From the NCBI RefSeq assembly GCF_964204645.1, contig NC_134027.1, forward strand, positions 12,494,485-12,558,484: 64,000 nt of DNA, given 5' to 3'. The position numbers were made by a program, and so were the translations under genes. Below, in pieces: positions 62,011 through 64,000 of the stretch. Origin of the DNA: Tubulanus polymorphus. Taxonomy: Eukaryota > Animalia > Nemertea. The notes beneath the pieces were generated by a model. The model was not told where the DNA came from. It did no database searches and saw only the letters and a list, made by a program, of their open reading frames with translations. The first letter of the stretch is position 1. The number at the start of each line of letters is the position of its first letter.

Positions 62011-64000
62011 AAAATTCCCCGAATTCAAGGAGCACTCAAAATCCGTGGATCCCAATGGCTTACAATACAAGTTCAAATGTATGCAAGGTGCCACCATCTG
62101 TTTTTAACCCACTTGGGACTTAAGTCCTAACATGCTACAAGTTACATGTACCAATTGATTGCCGTTACAAAATATGCATAGACACCAATATAAATAGACA
62201 AATTGTATATGATTCAAAAATCAAATCCCCTAGTGGCAAGAAAAAATTTGGATGATTGCAATTCCATGTGGGGAGAGGTAGCCTATGAAAGTGCTAATAA
62301 ACATCCAACTCAAAAGACTATACTTTAATTAACTGCATCAGCATTAATGCCAGTCTTAATCCCACCATAAACTTTTTTGTTTTTTCAATTCAACTATTTT
62401 TTGAGGCGACTATGTCAAATGTTTTGAGTTATTAAAACGATCACCAAACACTAATTTGGATTATAAATCTATGCCAAAACAGAACTTCCATTGGATTACA
62501 GAAGAGACAGTTTATGGCATTTTAAAGGGCTGAAATGACGCTCAAAGCTTCTTCCCTCAAAATGAGGGACGAAAATTAACCACTTTCGCCCCAGAAGTTA
62601 TTCGGGAACAATGGCTAGATACTTAACTATTGTGACCCGAGATCTAAAACAAAATGAGAAGCATTCATTTATAAGATACAGTGGCACGTATACGCTGTAT
62701 AGATTGGAAAAAGTTTTGAGACTTACGAATGCTCTAGCCCGGTAGACATAATAAGTGATAATGATAACCTACTTGCCCTAATGGAAATATACTTGTCCAG
62801 GGCAGATAGACAAAGCGCCTAGATCGGACCCTGTCCAGATCTGTTCAATCGGCGATACCGACGTACCCCCAGTGCGCATGCATGATTCCACTGTAAAGCA
62901 CATGTACCTTAGTGGTAGACCTACAGCGCTCCAACAACTATAAGCCACCAAGCTGAACTTCCGGACTTCGTTACTACTTAGGTAGGCAAACTCGTCTTGT
63001 ACTCACTTTGAAGTGCCCTCAAAAATGTCACCCCAAAATTTTTTTGACCAAGGTTTTCCACCTATATTTTTTCAACGCATGAAATGACCGAAAGCACCCC
63101 CTAAAATGGTGTAGAAGTATTCGGAGTACGTGGTATTTCGTAAAAAGTGCCCTTTTTTCTCATTGGACACCCCCCATGGAAAATCCTAGATCCGCCCTTG
63201 GTTACCTAATCGTTGGAGGTAAGCTTTTTATAATCGGATGGGCTTATACCAACGTTAAGGATGACAAGGGCCAAAACACGGTTGAAAAAAGAAACACTTC
63301 GAAAATATAGGCTACTTTCTATACACTTCAGTCGACAATTAATGGCTTAATTCACTAACATAGGTACCTTTCGAAATAATTCAATTTTATGTATGTTTCG
63401 AGCGATTAATCAACTTTATTTTGAGAAATTAATCATTTTCACCACAAATTCCGCCATTTCTCTGTATTGCATACATGTGGCATGATAGACAGGGTGACCT
63501 ACAAGGATTTATATAAATCTTCCAAGACGAAACGACAATTTCTATTTTTGATGGTTTTCCAACATATATTTCAAATCTTCGTGCTGTCCATGATAAATAA
63601 TGAAATGATAAATTCTGGATGAAGAAAAATGAGAATTAGTGTTGATTTCTTAATTTTTTCAATTTCGTCGTTTCGTTTCTTTAGTTTGTGCTGTTGTCCT
63701 GGCCTCAGTCCACAGGTGCCAGCACCCTCCACAAGTTTTCAAAATGGCCCCCGTTGAATTGACGGAAATTTACTCTCACTTTACGGCCGATTTGCACATG
63801 GATTAAGATCGTCAGTTGAGGTGTTATAGGTATCAAACAAACAACGAATCTGTTGTGCATTGATTACAACAAAAATTAGACGGATATCTGAGAAGACCAG
63901 AAAATGCCAGGCAAATTACTCATGAGTCAAAATACTCACGAAGATTTCATTGAAAAATTACCTTCCAATTCCTGACTGTGGTTTGTGAAAATATCCGATC

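Noticed and set aside
63420-64000. Possible exons of another gene at the window end
   Set aside because: There are several splice-like sites, but no consistent open frame or recognisable protein motif.

Overview
AT-rich eukaryotic (animal) genomic DNA; the gene and transposon repertoire suggests a marine lophotrochozoan invertebrate (inference only). Four host genes are supported. (1) The last three constitutive coding exons of a Shal/Kv4 (KCND) potassium channel on + (14122-29863), separated by long TE-laden introns. (2) An intronless rhodopsin-class, FMRFamide-receptor-like GPCR (39422-40552 +). (3) A complete 11-exon NAGPA uncovering-enzyme gene (45370-55530 +, 615 aa, all intron phases consistent). 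(4) The last two exons of ALG10 on - (59389-60728). Mobile DNA includes a decayed Penelope-like retroelement with a minimal hammerhead ribozyme in its 3' flank, an L2/CR1 fragment, many MITEs (Harbinger-like with Myb/MADF relics, P-like foldback, Tc1/mariner, piggyBac, hAT5-like, Zator-like) and a Helentron-type family carrying ~150-bp satellite units. The most interesting unannotated signal is a set of three in-frame candidate microexons (9, 24 and 6 nt), one in each of the three Shal introns in the window. The 24-nt one lies at the same junction as the vertebrate Kv4.3L insert. All calls were made by eye, with no database searches.
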